Of a stretch of 64,000 bases of DNA, positions 38,011 through 47,590 are shown in pieces. The DNA lies in NCBI GenBank assembly GCA_944332265.1, contig CALVJQ010000003.1:9083-73082 (forward strand), written 5' to 3'. The notes under the pieces were generated by a model. The model saw nothing but the letters and a program-made list of their open reading frames with translations, made no database searches and had not been told where the DNA came from. This stretch comes from an uncultured Bacilli bacterium (GTDB taxonomy: Bacteria > Bacillota_I > Bacilli_A > RF39 > UBA660). The position numbers and the translations under genes were made by a program. Each line of letters starts with the position of its first letter. Within the stretch, counting starts at the first letter, position 1.

Positions 38011-39312
38011 TTACTCTGTCGGTGTTTCAGAGGGTGTTTCTGGGGTTGAAGTTTCTGAATTATCTTGCGGTGTTTCTAAAGGAGTTTCGACATTCTCATT
38101 TGGTGTAGTTGTTTGATTTTCAGTTGGTTCTTGTTCTTCAGTTGATGGTTGATTATTAGATATAGTTGAATTATTACGATTATTAATTATCATTCCAGCT
38201 AAACTAAAGGCTTCACGATACATATCAATTGTACTAATTGCTTTTATTGATTCATCAGCGTAAGATAATGACCCTATCATATCTTGAACTTCAGCTTCAA
38301 ATTTGCTTTTACTTTCGTCACTTTGATATACAACGGTAGCACTTAAAATTAGATTTGAGCCACCATTTATAAAGAAAGCTTGAAGTGGAATACTATTAAG
38401 TTTTGTATTAACAATAAATGTATCTTTAGCACTTATTTTAGTAGTTTCTATTTCGGTATCAGTATATGCTTTATTACTAGCCATTATATTTTTTAGGTAA
38501 TCTTCGTTTATCTCAGTTAAATTACCAGTTGAATGATCTAGTTTAATAGCTACTGTTTCACTAGTATTAGTGATGATAACATTAGTTCCGTCTTCTACAC
38601 TTATCCAGCCATCTTTTAAAGCTAATTTATAGCCATTTGAAGATAAAGATATATTGGCAAGTGCTTTTTGGGCATTATTATTTTGGACTGGAGTTTTAGG
38701 AGTTGAACTATTAAACATAAAGTAAACTCCACCTCCAGCAACTGCTATTAGAAGGATTAAGACAACAACAAGAACTGTTTTGTTACCCTTCTTTTTAGGA
38801 GCTACTTTTACATCAGGAGCACTGACATTCAATGCTGGAGTAGCTTGTTTATTATCATCGCTTAATGATGATGGAATGCTAGGAATTGGTGTTGCCAATT
38901 CTACTTTAGGTATATTTGGAGCTAAAGTACTTGGTTCAGTAGGTTTTGGCTCAACTACGTTAGCTTGAACATTTGGTGTTGGTTGGCTAACTTGATTAAC
39001 AGTTTGAGCTTGTGGTGTTCCAGTTACTTGTTGAGTTGGCGCCTCAACAGGTACTTCAGTTGTCTTTACTGGGGATGGAGTTACAGCTTGTTTTTGAGGT
39101 GCTTCAGGTGCTTGGGCAACTGGTGAAGCTACTTGGACTTCTGTAGTTGCTGGGGTCACTTGATTTTGAACTGGTGCCTGCCCTACTGAGGCAACTTTTA
39201 TATTAGATTGCTCAACTTTATTATTTAATTCTTTAGATATATCTGTACCACATATTGGACAGGAAGTTATTCCTGCTTGAAGTGGATTACCACATTTTGG
39301 ACAATTATTCAT
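38011..39312 (-). CDS. zinc-ribbon / P,T,Q-rich linker / TM / extracytoplasmic domain protein
   Basis: CPKCGNPL...CPICG at the N-terminus, about 150 aa of low-complexity P/T/Q/V linker, one TM (VLVVVLILLIAVAGGGVYF), a C-terminal domain and an acidic T/P/E tail. Confidence 0.7.
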   Translation of the reverse strand: MNNCPKCGNPLQAGITSCPICGTDISKELNNKVEQSNIKVASVGQAPVQNQVTPATTEVQVASPVAQAPEAPQKQAVTPSPVKTTEVPVEAPTQQVTGTPQAQTVNQVSQPTPNVQANVVEPKPTEPSTLAPNIPKVELATPIPSIPSSLSDDNKQATPALNVSAPDVKVAPKKKGNKTVLVVVLILLIAVAGGGVYFMFNSSTPKTPVQNNNAQKALANISLSSNGYKLALKDGWISVEDGTNVIITNTSETVAIKLDHSTGNLTEINEDYLKNIMASNKAYTDTEIETTKISAKDTFIVNTKLNSIPLQAFFINGGSNLILSATVVYQSDESKSKFEAEVQDMIGSLSYADESIKAISTIDMYREAFSLAGMIINNRNNSTISNNQPSTEEQEPTENQTTTPNENVETPLETPQDNSETSTPETPSETPTE

Positions 39313-39374
39313 ATATAATTCCTCCTATTGTTAGTATAATTATAACTTATAATTAAAAAAATTGCCATAGAAAA

Positions 39375-40853
39375 TTATAATACTATGGCAATTAAGTTAT
39401 TAGATCCTTTATTAACTATTTTAGTAACTGTCTGTGATAACTTGTATCTTGTAGCTTCTGGAACAACGGATAATTTAGCTTGAATTCCCTCTTTAACTAT
39501 AATATCAAGGCTACGTCCAAAGATTTCACTACGCCAGATATTGGTTGGATCTGTTTCGTAATCTTTCATTAAATAATTAATTAATTCTTTACTTTGTAAT
39601 TCACTACCGATTATTGGTTCAAAGACACTTACAACATCAGCTTTAATAATATGATAAGATGATGCTGTTGCTTTTAGTTTAACACCATAGCGATTACCTT
39701 GCTTTACAATACTTGGAGTTTCTAATTGCATATCTTTTAAAGTTGGATAAACGATACCATACCCTGTTTGTTTAGCTGTTTTTAAAGCGCTTTTAATTAT
39801 TTCTGTTTCTTCTTTACTTTCTTTATATGAAGTAAATATTTTTAACATTCCTGCTTTAGTATTAACTATATCTCCCATCATTTCATTTAAAATTTCATTA
39901 TAAAGATTATCGTCACTATCTAAATTAACATTTACGATACCAGTTGATGTATCAACATTACTTATATATGCTTTAGAAATATATTGGCTATCTTTAAAAT
40001 AAGTTAAAATACTTTCAACATCTTTTAATTTATTTATTTTTAAGGTACTTGTTTTTATTTTGTTTAGGTATTCTTCTTTTACATAATGATTATTAGGAAG
40101 AATATGAACCCATTCTGGTAATTTAAAGTCGATATTTAAAACAGGGAATTCATATAATGCTGATTTTAAGATATCGTATATTTCATACTCACTCATTGTT
40201 TCAACACTAATAGGAAGAACAGGAACATCATGGGTAGTACGTAGGGATTCGGCTAAATTTTTGGTTGCTGGAGATTCAGGATGGGAACTATTTAAAATTA
40301 CAATAAATGGTTTATTTATTTCTTTTAATTCATTTATTACTTTAGTTTCAGCTTCAATATAATTTTCTCTTTTTATTTCGCCAAATGAACCATCTGAAGT
40401 TATAACAATACCTATTGTAGCATGATCTTTTATAACTTTTTCTGTACCTATTTCAGCTGCTGTTTCAAAGTTTACAGGTTCTTTAAACCATGGAGTTAAA
40501 ACCATACGTGGATTGCCGTTTTCATCCTCATAACCATTTGCTCCAGGAATAATATAGCCTACACAATCGATTAATTTAATATTAGTAGTAAATTCTTCAA
40601 TTTGAATAGTTGCTCCGTTACTAGGAACAAATTTAGGTTCAGTAGTCATTATCGTTTTTCCTTGAGCACTTTGAGGAATTTCATCAAGGCAGTGTTTTTT
40701 TTCGTATTCATCAGTAATATTAGGTACTACTAAGTTTTCAATAAATCTTTTAATAAAGGTTGATTTTCCTGTACGTACTGCTCCTACAACACCTAAGTAA
40801 ATTTCACCATTACCCCTTTTAGAAATTGATTCTATTATTTGGTTATCTTTCAT
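39375..40853 (-). CDS. spoIVA: stage IV sporulation protein A (spore coat morphogenetic ATPase)
   Basis: 492 aa. Walker A GVVGAVRTGKSTFIKRF. Full-length collinearity with the SpoIVA family. Near hup as in Bacillus. Confidence 0.93.
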   Translation of the reverse strand: MKDNQIIESISKRGNGEIYLGVVGAVRTGKSTFIKRFIENLVVPNITDEYEKKHCLDEIPQSAQGKTIMTTEPKFVPSNGATIQIEEFTTNIKLIDCVGYIIPGANGYEDENGNPRMVLTPWFKEPVNFETAAEIGTEKVIKDHATIGIVITSDGSFGEIKRENYIEAETKVINELKEINKPFIVILNSSHPESPATKNLAESLRTTHDVPVLPISVETMSEYEIYDILKSALYEFPVLNIDFKLPEWVHILPNNHYVKEEYLNKIKTSTLKINKLKDVESILTYFKDSQYISKAYISNVDTSTGIVNVNLDSDDNLYNEILNEMMGDIVNTKAGMLKIFTSYKESKEETEIIKSALKTAKQTGYGIVYPTLKDMQLETPSIVKQGNRYGVKLKATASSYHIIKADVVSVFEPIIGSELQSKELINYLMKDYETDPTNIWRSEIFGRSLDIIVKEGIQAKLSVVPEATRYKLSQTVTKIVNKGSNNLIAIVL

Positions 40854-40924
40854 ATAACACCCCTATCATTTCTACTTAAGTTTATGTATATTGATTTTAT
40901 TTAGAACTTATAAATAGTGAAAAT

Positions 40925-40956
40925 CTTTGTTTTTTTTAAATAGTTTATGCTATAAT
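40925..40956 (+). promoter_or_regulatory. candidate promoter of the sortase gene (extended -10)
   Basis: TGCTATAAT (40948..40956) with a TTGTTT-like -35 about 17 nt upstream. Confidence 0.4.
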
Positions 40957-40985
40957 ATTTTTATATGATAGAGAGGTGAACTAAA

Positions 40986-42518
40986 GTGGATAATAAAGTA
41001 AATAACAACAAAGATAGTGAAGTTCGAGTAAAACAAATAAATCCGCAAAAAGAACTCTCTCAATTAGAAAAAACAGCTATTTTACAATTTAAATTAGAAC
41101 AAAAGGAAGAAGAATTATCTAAAACTCAACAATTTGAAAGATTGAATGCTAAACGAGTAAATTTAGCTAATGATTTGTCGTTACCTAAGAAAAAAGCTAG
41201 TTTAACAGATACTATAAAGTTAAAAATCAGTGATTTAAGAGAAGCTATAGAAGAAGAAAATATTGAGCTGCCAACATTAAAGAAAAGAAAATCTTTATAT
41301 GATACAGTAATTATAAAATTAGATGATATAATTAATAATAAAAAAGCTTTAAAAACATATTATTCGCAAAAAGTTACTAATATTGAAAGACCTAAGAAAG
41401 TAAAAAGAAAACTTCATTTAAGAAAACCTCGTGATTTAACTAAAATAAAAGATTTTAAATTAAATGTAGATAGTGAAGAATTTGGCCGTCAGTTATATAA
41501 TTTAAATCGAGTTGCTTTAATTAATCTAAGTAATGATAGACCGAAAAAGATAAGAAAATATAGTCAAGTAAGTAAATTAGAAAAGATTGAGAAAATTCAT
41601 ATAAGTAAGAATAATTACTTACTATATCAAAAGAAGTTAAGCAAATTTGCAATTAATAAACTATATTATAAATTAGCTCCAAAGGAAAGTAAGAAATATA
41701 AAATATATAAATATAGTGTTGTTTTATCTTCTTTTGTTTTCTTAGTAACAAGTGTCATTATTATTAATTGGTTTATTCAAGGATTATCAATTAATAATTT
41801 AAGTAATGCTTTGGTAGATGATGCTCCTGTTATTGAAACTAATGAAGGAGAACTATTTAATATAGAAGAACCACCTTTGGAACCAGAAATGGACGAAGAA
41901 TATAGTGATAAGAAATCAATGTATTGGCAGTATTTAAATACTCCTTTATCATCAGTTGATTTTACTAATTTATTAAAACAAAATAAAGATACTATCGGTT
42001 GGTTAATTGTTAATAATACAAATGTTAATTATCCTGTTGTTCAAACAACAAATAATGATTATTATTTAAAACATGCTTTTGATAGATCAAGTAATAGTGC
42101 TGGTTGGGTATATGCTGATTTTAGAAATAATTTTGATGATCTTTCAAAGAATACTGTAATATATGCTCATGGAAGAAAAGATAAAGTTATGTTTGGCTCT
42201 CTAACTAATACTTTAAATTCCAAATGGTATAAAAATAAAGATAATCAAATTATTCAGTTTTCAACTTTGAAATATAATACTATGTGGCAAATATTTGCTA
42301 TTTATAAATATGAAGCTGAATCTTATTATATTACAACTGATTTTAGTAGTGATGAAAGTTTTATGGAATTTGCTAAGACAATGAAAAATCGAAGTATTTA
42401 TGATTTTGGAATAGATTTAAATAAAGATGATAAGATACTTACTTTATCAACTTGTTATAATGATAATGGAATAAGATTAGTTGTTCAAGCTAAGTTAGTA
42501 AAGATTCAAGAAAGATAA
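40986..42518 (+). CDS. srtB: class B sortase with ~260-aa Lys-rich cytoplasmic N-terminal extension
   Basis: GTG start behind GAGGTG. TM at about residue 245. Sortase B core: GWL.V.NT.VNYPVVQ, VIYAHG (His), LTLSTCY (Cys), RLVVQAKL (Arg). Confidence 0.85.
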   Translation: MDNKVNNNKDSEVRVKQINPQKELSQLEKTAILQFKLEQKEEELSKTQQFERLNAKRVNLANDLSLPKKKASLTDTIKLKISDLREAIEEENIELPTLKKRKSLYDTVIIKLDDIINNKKALKTYYSQKVTNIERPKKVKRKLHLRKPRDLTKIKDFKLNVDSEEFGRQLYNLNRVALINLSNDRPKKIRKYSQVSKLEKIEKIHISKNNYLLYQKKLSKFAINKLYYKLAPKESKKYKIYKYSVVLSSFVFLVTSVIIINWFIQGLSINNLSNALVDDAPVIETNEGELFNIEEPPLEPEMDEEYSDKKSMYWQYLNTPLSSVDFTNLLKQNKDTIGWLIVNNTNVNYPVVQTTNNDYYLKHAFDRSSNSAGWVYADFRNNFDDLSKNTVIYAHGRKDKVMFGSLTNTLNSKWYKNKDNQIIQFSTLKYNTMWQIFAIYKYEAESYYITTDFSSDESFMEFAKTMKNRSIYDFGIDLNKDDKILTLSTCYNDNGIRLVVQAKLVKIQER

Positions 42519-42533
42519 AATAAAAATCATCGG

Positions 42534-44132
42534 TTATGATAAACCGATGATTTTATTATTTTCTAAAGATATCTTTTCATAATTTGGTTTTTTTGGTAAC
42601 CCAGGCATTGTTATAATATTACCAAGATAAATTGTTATAAAGCCGGCACCATTGTATATTTTAATGTTTTTTACTGTTACGCAATAATCTTTTGGATTAC
42701 CTAATAAATCCTTATTATCAGATATAGAATATTGGGTTTTAGCTATAACAATAGGTAATTTATCTAATTCTTTACTTTCTAATTCTTTAATAACTATTTC
42801 TGCAGTTATAGAATAGTTAATGTCTTTAGCATGATATATGTCTTTAACAATCTTAGTTATCTTATCTTTAAGAGGTATATTAAGATTATATAATTCATGA
42901 TATTTTTCTTTTTTAGTTAATGAAAGAACTTCATCAGCTAGAGCAATGGCTCCTTTACCACCATCTTTATAAGCTGAAGAAATAGCAAAACGAATATTGT
43001 TTTTTTGACAATAATCTTTAACTATATTTATTTCACTGTCTAAATCATTTTCATATTTATTTAAACAAACAATAATATTATTAGTCATGTTTTTTAAAAT
43101 ATTTATATGAGCTTCTAAATTAGGAAGACCTTTTTTTAAATCATCTTCGCCATTGTATTTTAGAGCTTTAATAGTTGTTACTAAAATAGTAGCATCTGGC
43201 ATTAGATTATTTAAACGGCATTTAATATCAAAGAATTTTAATGCGCCTAAATCAGAGCCAAAACCAGCTTCAGTTATACAATAATCACCTAATTTTAAAG
43301 CTGTTTTAGTAGCGATAATACTTGAACAACCATGAGCAATATTAGCAAATGGACCACCATGAATAATAACTGGATTATGTTCAAGAGTTTGAACAAGATT
43401 AGGTTTTATAGCATCTTTTAAGATAACAAGTAATGAACCAGTAATATTTAAATCACGAGCAAACAATGGTTTATTGTCTTTGGTATAAGCAATTAAGATA
43501 TTATCTAGTTTAGTACGTAAGTCTTCAATATCTTTAGCTAAACAAAGAATGGCCATTATTTCGGATGCAGCTGTTATATCAAACTTTTCATGACGGCTGT
43601 AATTTTTACTATTGATAGTTATATCTTTTAAGGCACGATCATTAACATCTAGACAACGATTAAACATTATTTTATTTTCGTCGATATTTAGTTCATTGCC
43701 TTGGAAAAGATGATTATCGATTGCAGCACATAAAAGATTATTAGCGGAAGTTATAGCATGAAAATCACCAGTAAAATTAAGATTTATATCTTCCATTGGT
43801 AGAACTTGAGAATATCCCCCACCAGTTGCGCCACCTTTAATACCAAATACAGGGCCTTGAGATGGCTCTCTTAATGAAGCAACAGCATTGATTCCTTTTA
43901 AACATAGCGCATCTAATAAGCCAATTGAGACAGTTGTTTTACCTTCGCCAAAAGGAGTTGGACTTGTTGCCGTTACAAGAATTAATTTACCATCTTTACC
44001 GGTAATTTCTTCATTCTTAATCTTAGCTTTATAATCACCATAATACTCTAATTGTTTTTCAATTTTTAATTTTTGAGCTATTTTTTTTATTGGAAACATC
44101 TTTGTATTATGAGCAATTTCAATATCTGTCAT
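42534..44132 (-). CDS. fhs: formate--tetrahydrofolate ligase
   Basis: TPFGEGKTT P-loop and collinear FTHFS family sequence. Start ATG 44132 behind AGAGGTGA. Confidence 0.95.
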   Translation of the reverse strand: MTDIEIAHNTKMFPIKKIAQKLKIEKQLEYYGDYKAKIKNEEITGKDGKLILVTATSPTPFGEGKTTVSIGLLDALCLKGINAVASLREPSQGPVFGIKGGATGGGYSQVLPMEDINLNFTGDFHAITSANNLLCAAIDNHLFQGNELNIDENKIMFNRCLDVNDRALKDITINSKNYSRHEKFDITAASEIMAILCLAKDIEDLRTKLDNILIAYTKDNKPLFARDLNITGSLLVILKDAIKPNLVQTLEHNPVIIHGGPFANIAHGCSSIIATKTALKLGDYCITEAGFGSDLGALKFFDIKCRLNNLMPDATILVTTIKALKYNGEDDLKKGLPNLEAHINILKNMTNNIIVCLNKYENDLDSEINIVKDYCQKNNIRFAISSAYKDGGKGAIALADEVLSLTKKEKYHELYNLNIPLKDKITKIVKDIYHAKDINYSITAEIVIKELESKELDKLPIVIAKTQYSISDNKDLLGNPKDYCVTVKNIKIYNGAGFITIYLGNIITMPGLPKKPNYEKISLENNKIIGLS

Positions 44133-44193
44133 AATTATCACCTCTTATAAGAAAAGTATATAATAATTATGATTATTAAGCTAGCTTTTTTAA

Positions 44194-44436
44194 TTAAAAC
44201 ATTTTATCAACGCTTTTAGGGACATGCCCTTTTAAAATAGTTTCAACTATTTTATCTTCTTTATTTTTTGATACTTCTTTACCAGTTAATGTTGATAAAG
44301 TAGATATCACTTCTCTTATAGTTTGTTCATCTTTGAGATTACCTTTTTCAATTTTTTTAGCTAAAGAAATAATAGTATCTTTATCTACTTTAGTCTTTTT
44401 TTCGACTTTAGAAAAGAATTTATCATCAAAATTCAT
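44194..44436 (-). CDS. stage VI sporulation protein F-like (SpoVIF family)
   Basis: 80 aa. F..VEKKT.V.KD.I..LA......L.DE...R..I..L...TGK.VS...E..IV..I.....P. pattern as I recall for PF14069. Confidence 0.55.
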   Translation of the reverse strand: MNFDDKFFSKVEKKTKVDKDTIISLAKKIEKGNLKDEQTIREVISTLSTLTGKEVSKNKEDKIVETILKGHVPKSVDKMF

Positions 44437-44525
44437 ATTATCACCTATTATATATTATGATAATAATAAAATAATGTTAATGAATAAATTATATAATATA
44501 GGCAATAATATTAATGGTGATTAAA

Positions 44526-44687
44526 ATGGATAATTATAAACAAAAGATTGAATGTTATGTAAATGATTGTATTCATTGTGTAGATGGATGTAGTTGTAAT
44601 CTTAGTAAGATTCAAATTATAAAAGATATTAGAAATGAAAACACAATGTATAATACATTGTGTCAAAGTTATGAAGAGGAAAAGTAG
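44526..44687 (+). CDS. DUF1540-like small Cys-rich protein (53 aa; below the ORF-track cutoff)
   Basis: MDNYKQKIECYVNDCIHCVDGCSCNLSKIQIIKDIRNENTMYNTLCQSYEEEK, with the C-x4-C-x2-C ... C spacing typical of DUF1540. Followed by its own terminator. Confidence 0.55.
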   Translation: MDNYKQKIECYVNDCIHCVDGCSCNLSKIQIIKDIRNENTMYNTLCQSYEEEK

Positions 44688-44701
44688 TTTTCCTCTTTTT
44701 T
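44675..44701 (+). terminator. rho-independent terminator of the DUF1540 mini-gene
   Basis: 9-bp stem AGAGGAAAA/TTTTCCTCT with a 4-nt loop containing the TAG stop, then TTTTT. Abuts the priA stop. Confidence 0.6.
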
Positions 44702-46883
44702 ATACTTGAAGAGGATTATTATCAATTTCTATATTAACTTTATTATTAAGATTATATAGTTCATTTAAATCTTTTAGTGCTTTAAATAAGTTAGGATCTT
44801 TTTTATATTTTATTATTATTTGAAAACGATATATATTATTTATTTTAAACATAGATGCGGGAGTTGGACCAAGTATTATAGTTGTTTTAGCAATGTTTTC
44901 TTCTAAGTACTTTTTTACTTTTGTAATTTCATTCAAAGCTAGTTTGTAATCTTTAGAAGCTATTTTAATACTTGTTAAAAAATAATATGGGGGATAATCT
45001 AGTTTATGACGATTATGCATTTCGTAATTATAGAATTTCATATAATCGTGGTTTTTAACACATTTTAAGGTGAAATTATCTGGATTAAAGGTTTGAATAA
45101 TTACTTCCCCAGGAAGATTGCTACGTCCAGCTCGACCTGATACTTGAGATAATAAAGCAAAGGTTCTTTCCCCACTACGGAAGTCAGGAATATTTAATGT
45201 TGCATCAGCATTTATCACACCAACTAAGGTAACTAAGGGGAAATTTAGACCTTTGGAAATCATTTGAGTACCTAAAAGGATATCATATTCCTGATTTTTA
45301 AATTTATTAATTATATCTTCATGGGCACCTTTGTTGCGTGTGGTATCAGCGTCCATACGTAAAACACGAGCACTAGGAAATAGTTTTTTTATTTCACTTT
45401 CTAATTTTTCAGTGCCCAGACCATAATCAGCTAAAGCTTTTTCATGACATTCTGGACATTCATCGCTTTTAAAAATAGTATAACCGCAATAATGGCAACG
45501 TAAATTATTAGATGTTTTATGATAAGTTAAAGCGATATCACAATATGGACATTTATAAGTGTAGCCACAAGATTTACAAGAAATAATAGTAGAATAACCA
45601 CGACGATTTAAAAGAAGAATAATTTGCTCTTTCTTCGTTAAGCGATTTAGGATTTTATCTTTTAGGGTTGTAGAAATTATAAGATTTCGCTTTTTCATTT
45701 CTAAAGACATATCAACAATTTCTATTTTAGGTAAAATAGCACCCCCTATCCTATTAGGCATCGAAATATATTGGTATACACCTTTTAAAGCACGAGCCAT
45801 TGTCTCTAATGAAGGTGTTGCACTTCCTAAGACGATAGGAATATGATTATATTTACTTCTAAATTCAGCCATATCTAAAGCATGATAGCGGGGATTAGTA
45901 TCTTGCTTAAAGGTTTCGCTATGCTCTTCATCAATAATAATTAAACCTAGTTTTTTTATTGGAGTAAAAATAGCACTACGTGTTCCTACTACGATATGGA
46001 CTTCTTCACGAAGAATTTTTAAATATTCATCATACTTTTCTCCATCAGATAAACCACTATGAAAAATAGCAACATCATTACCAAAGTGATCATAGAATTT
46101 GTTAACTATTTGAGCAGTTAAAGATATTTCAGGGACTAACATAATGGCAGTTTTACCATTTTTTACAACTCTCTTAATAAGTTCAAGATAAACTTCAGTT
46201 TTTCCAGAACCAGTTATACCATGTAAAAGATATGTTTTTTCACTTTCGAGATTTATATTATTGATGGCAAATTGTTGATCTTTAGAAAAAGTAATATTAA
46301 TATTTTTTTTAGATTCATTATATAAACGATATATTTGTTCTTTTGTATCAATTATTAATTTTTCTTCTTTTAGAGACTTATAAATATTAGGACTAATAGT
46401 ATTTTTTAAAATTTTCTTTTCTTCTTGGAGTTTTTGGATGACTTCAATTTGTTTTTTACGTTTTTTGGCGTAAGTTTTTAGATACTCATTAATTTTATTT
46501 TTATCATCAATTAATTCAACATAATTTAAATATTTATTATAATTACTTTTTTGGGTTTTTACTTTTAGAGAACTTGGAAGCATTGTTTGATAAGCCATTA
46601 TTTTAGTACATAGTGTTTGACTTTGGAGATAAGAACCTAGTTGCATTAGTTCTTCATTTAAAAAGAATGATGGATCTATAATGTTTGAAATGCTTTTTAG
46701 AGAATATGATTCTTCATATGTTTCTTTTATATTAGTTACAAAACCATTTATTTCTTTAGTTCCAAAAGGAACAAGAACTTTCATGCCAACTTTAATAGTA
46801 TCTTTTAAAGTATCAGGAATTAAATAAGTAAATGTTTTATCTATTGCTTTGGCATTATATTCGATTAAAACTTCTGCATACAT
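44700..46883 (-). CDS. priA: primosomal replication restart helicase PriA
   Basis: Walker A GITGSGKT, DEEH box (IIDEEH), Cys-rich Zn-binding insertion (CKSCGY..CPYCD...CHYCG...CPEC). Confidence 0.95.
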   Translation of the reverse strand: MYAEVLIEYNAKAIDKTFTYLIPDTLKDTIKVGMKVLVPFGTKEINGFVTNIKETYEESYSLKSISNIIDPSFFLNEELMQLGSYLQSQTLCTKIMAYQTMLPSSLKVKTQKSNYNKYLNYVELIDDKNKINEYLKTYAKKRKKQIEVIQKLQEEKKILKNTISPNIYKSLKEEKLIIDTKEQIYRLYNESKKNINITFSKDQQFAINNINLESEKTYLLHGITGSGKTEVYLELIKRVVKNGKTAIMLVPEISLTAQIVNKFYDHFGNDVAIFHSGLSDGEKYDEYLKILREEVHIVVGTRSAIFTPIKKLGLIIIDEEHSETFKQDTNPRYHALDMAEFRSKYNHIPIVLGSATPSLETMARALKGVYQYISMPNRIGGAILPKIEIVDMSLEMKKRNLIISTTLKDKILNRLTKKEQIILLLNRRGYSTIISCKSCGYTYKCPYCDIALTYHKTSNNLRCHYCGYTIFKSDECPECHEKALADYGLGTEKLESEIKKLFPSARVLRMDADTTRNKGAHEDIINKFKNQEYDILLGTQMISKGLNFPLVTLVGVINADATLNIPDFRSGERTFALLSQVSGRAGRSNLPGEVIIQTFNPDNFTLKCVKNHDYMKFYNYEMHNRHKLDYPPYYFLTSIKIASKDYKLALNEITKVKKYLEENIAKTTIILGPTPASMFKINNIYRFQIIIKYKKDPNLFKALKDLNELYNLNNKVNIEIDNNPLQV

Positions 46884-47080
46884 AGAATCACCTGTTTTTT
46901 TATTATATCATAAATTATTAAATATATATTTTAGAAAAAGAAAAAAAGAAACGTTAGATAGTTTCTTTTTTTCCTAAAGTGGCATCATTGATGCTGTATC
47001 ACTTTACCCTTTTTATTTAGAGAATATTTTTATACTTTCTCTATGTTTATATTATATATTATTTACAGTTAATTTTGTGT

Positions 47081-47120
47081 AAAAAATAAACAACTATTTA
47101 CAATCATATGTAAATAGTTG
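47081..47120 (-). terminator. rho-independent terminator after the CDA-like gene
   Basis: 12-bp perfect stem CAACTATTTACA/TGTAAATAGTTG with a 6-nt loop, followed on the minus strand by TTTATTTTTT. Confidence 0.7.
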
Positions 47121-47142
47121 CTGCTAATTATAGTAAAGTTGT

Positions 47143-47550
47143 TTACTTGTGATTACGATAGGTTCCCCACCAATCAGGTATTAATTCATCTATTTTAGTA
47201 ATTGTCTTGTTATCATAATCAAGCAATATTTCAATATCGGTAGACGGAATTTTTAATTCTAATAAATATTCAAAGCATTCTATACTAGGAGGAATTACTT
47301 CTTCTAATTCGTTTAAAATAACTATTTTTTTAATGGTGTATTCATTATCATTAAACATGGATATAATCGCACTTTTTTCAGCACTTGTATTAATACTAGT
47401 ATTTGAAGTAATACTAATACCACTATATATTTGACCATTTGCTGCTTCAAGAGCGCAAGCACTTGTCCCAGTTTCAATAAAAGGAGGGATTTCTTTAGTT
47501 CTTAGCTTCTTTTTAGCTTCTCGATATAAGTCATGCCATATTTTTTCCAT
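47143..47550 (-). CDS. cytidine-deaminase-fold protein with degenerate zinc site
   Basis: Collinear with my recollection of small tetrameric CDAs (not database-checked): ..GQIYSGISI..., then TSAEKSAI where CAERTA is expected and PPSIECFEYL where PCGACRQ is expected. Start probably ATG 47550. Confidence 0.4.
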   Translation of the reverse strand: MEKIWHDLYREAKKKLRTKEIPPFIETGTSACALEAANGQIYSGISITSNTSINTSAEKSAIISMFNDNEYTIKKIVILNELEEVIPPSIECFEYLLELKIPSTDIEILLDYDNKTITKIDELIPDWWGTYRNHK

Positions 47551-47590
47551 TATACACACCAACTTTCAATAATGTATAATATCATGGCTT

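Noticed and set aside
40854-40930. SigE-type promoter for spoIVA (CATAAACT as a -10)
   Set aside because: It is only a partial match to CATACA-T, and I could not find a convincing -35 at the right spacing in this AT-rich stretch.
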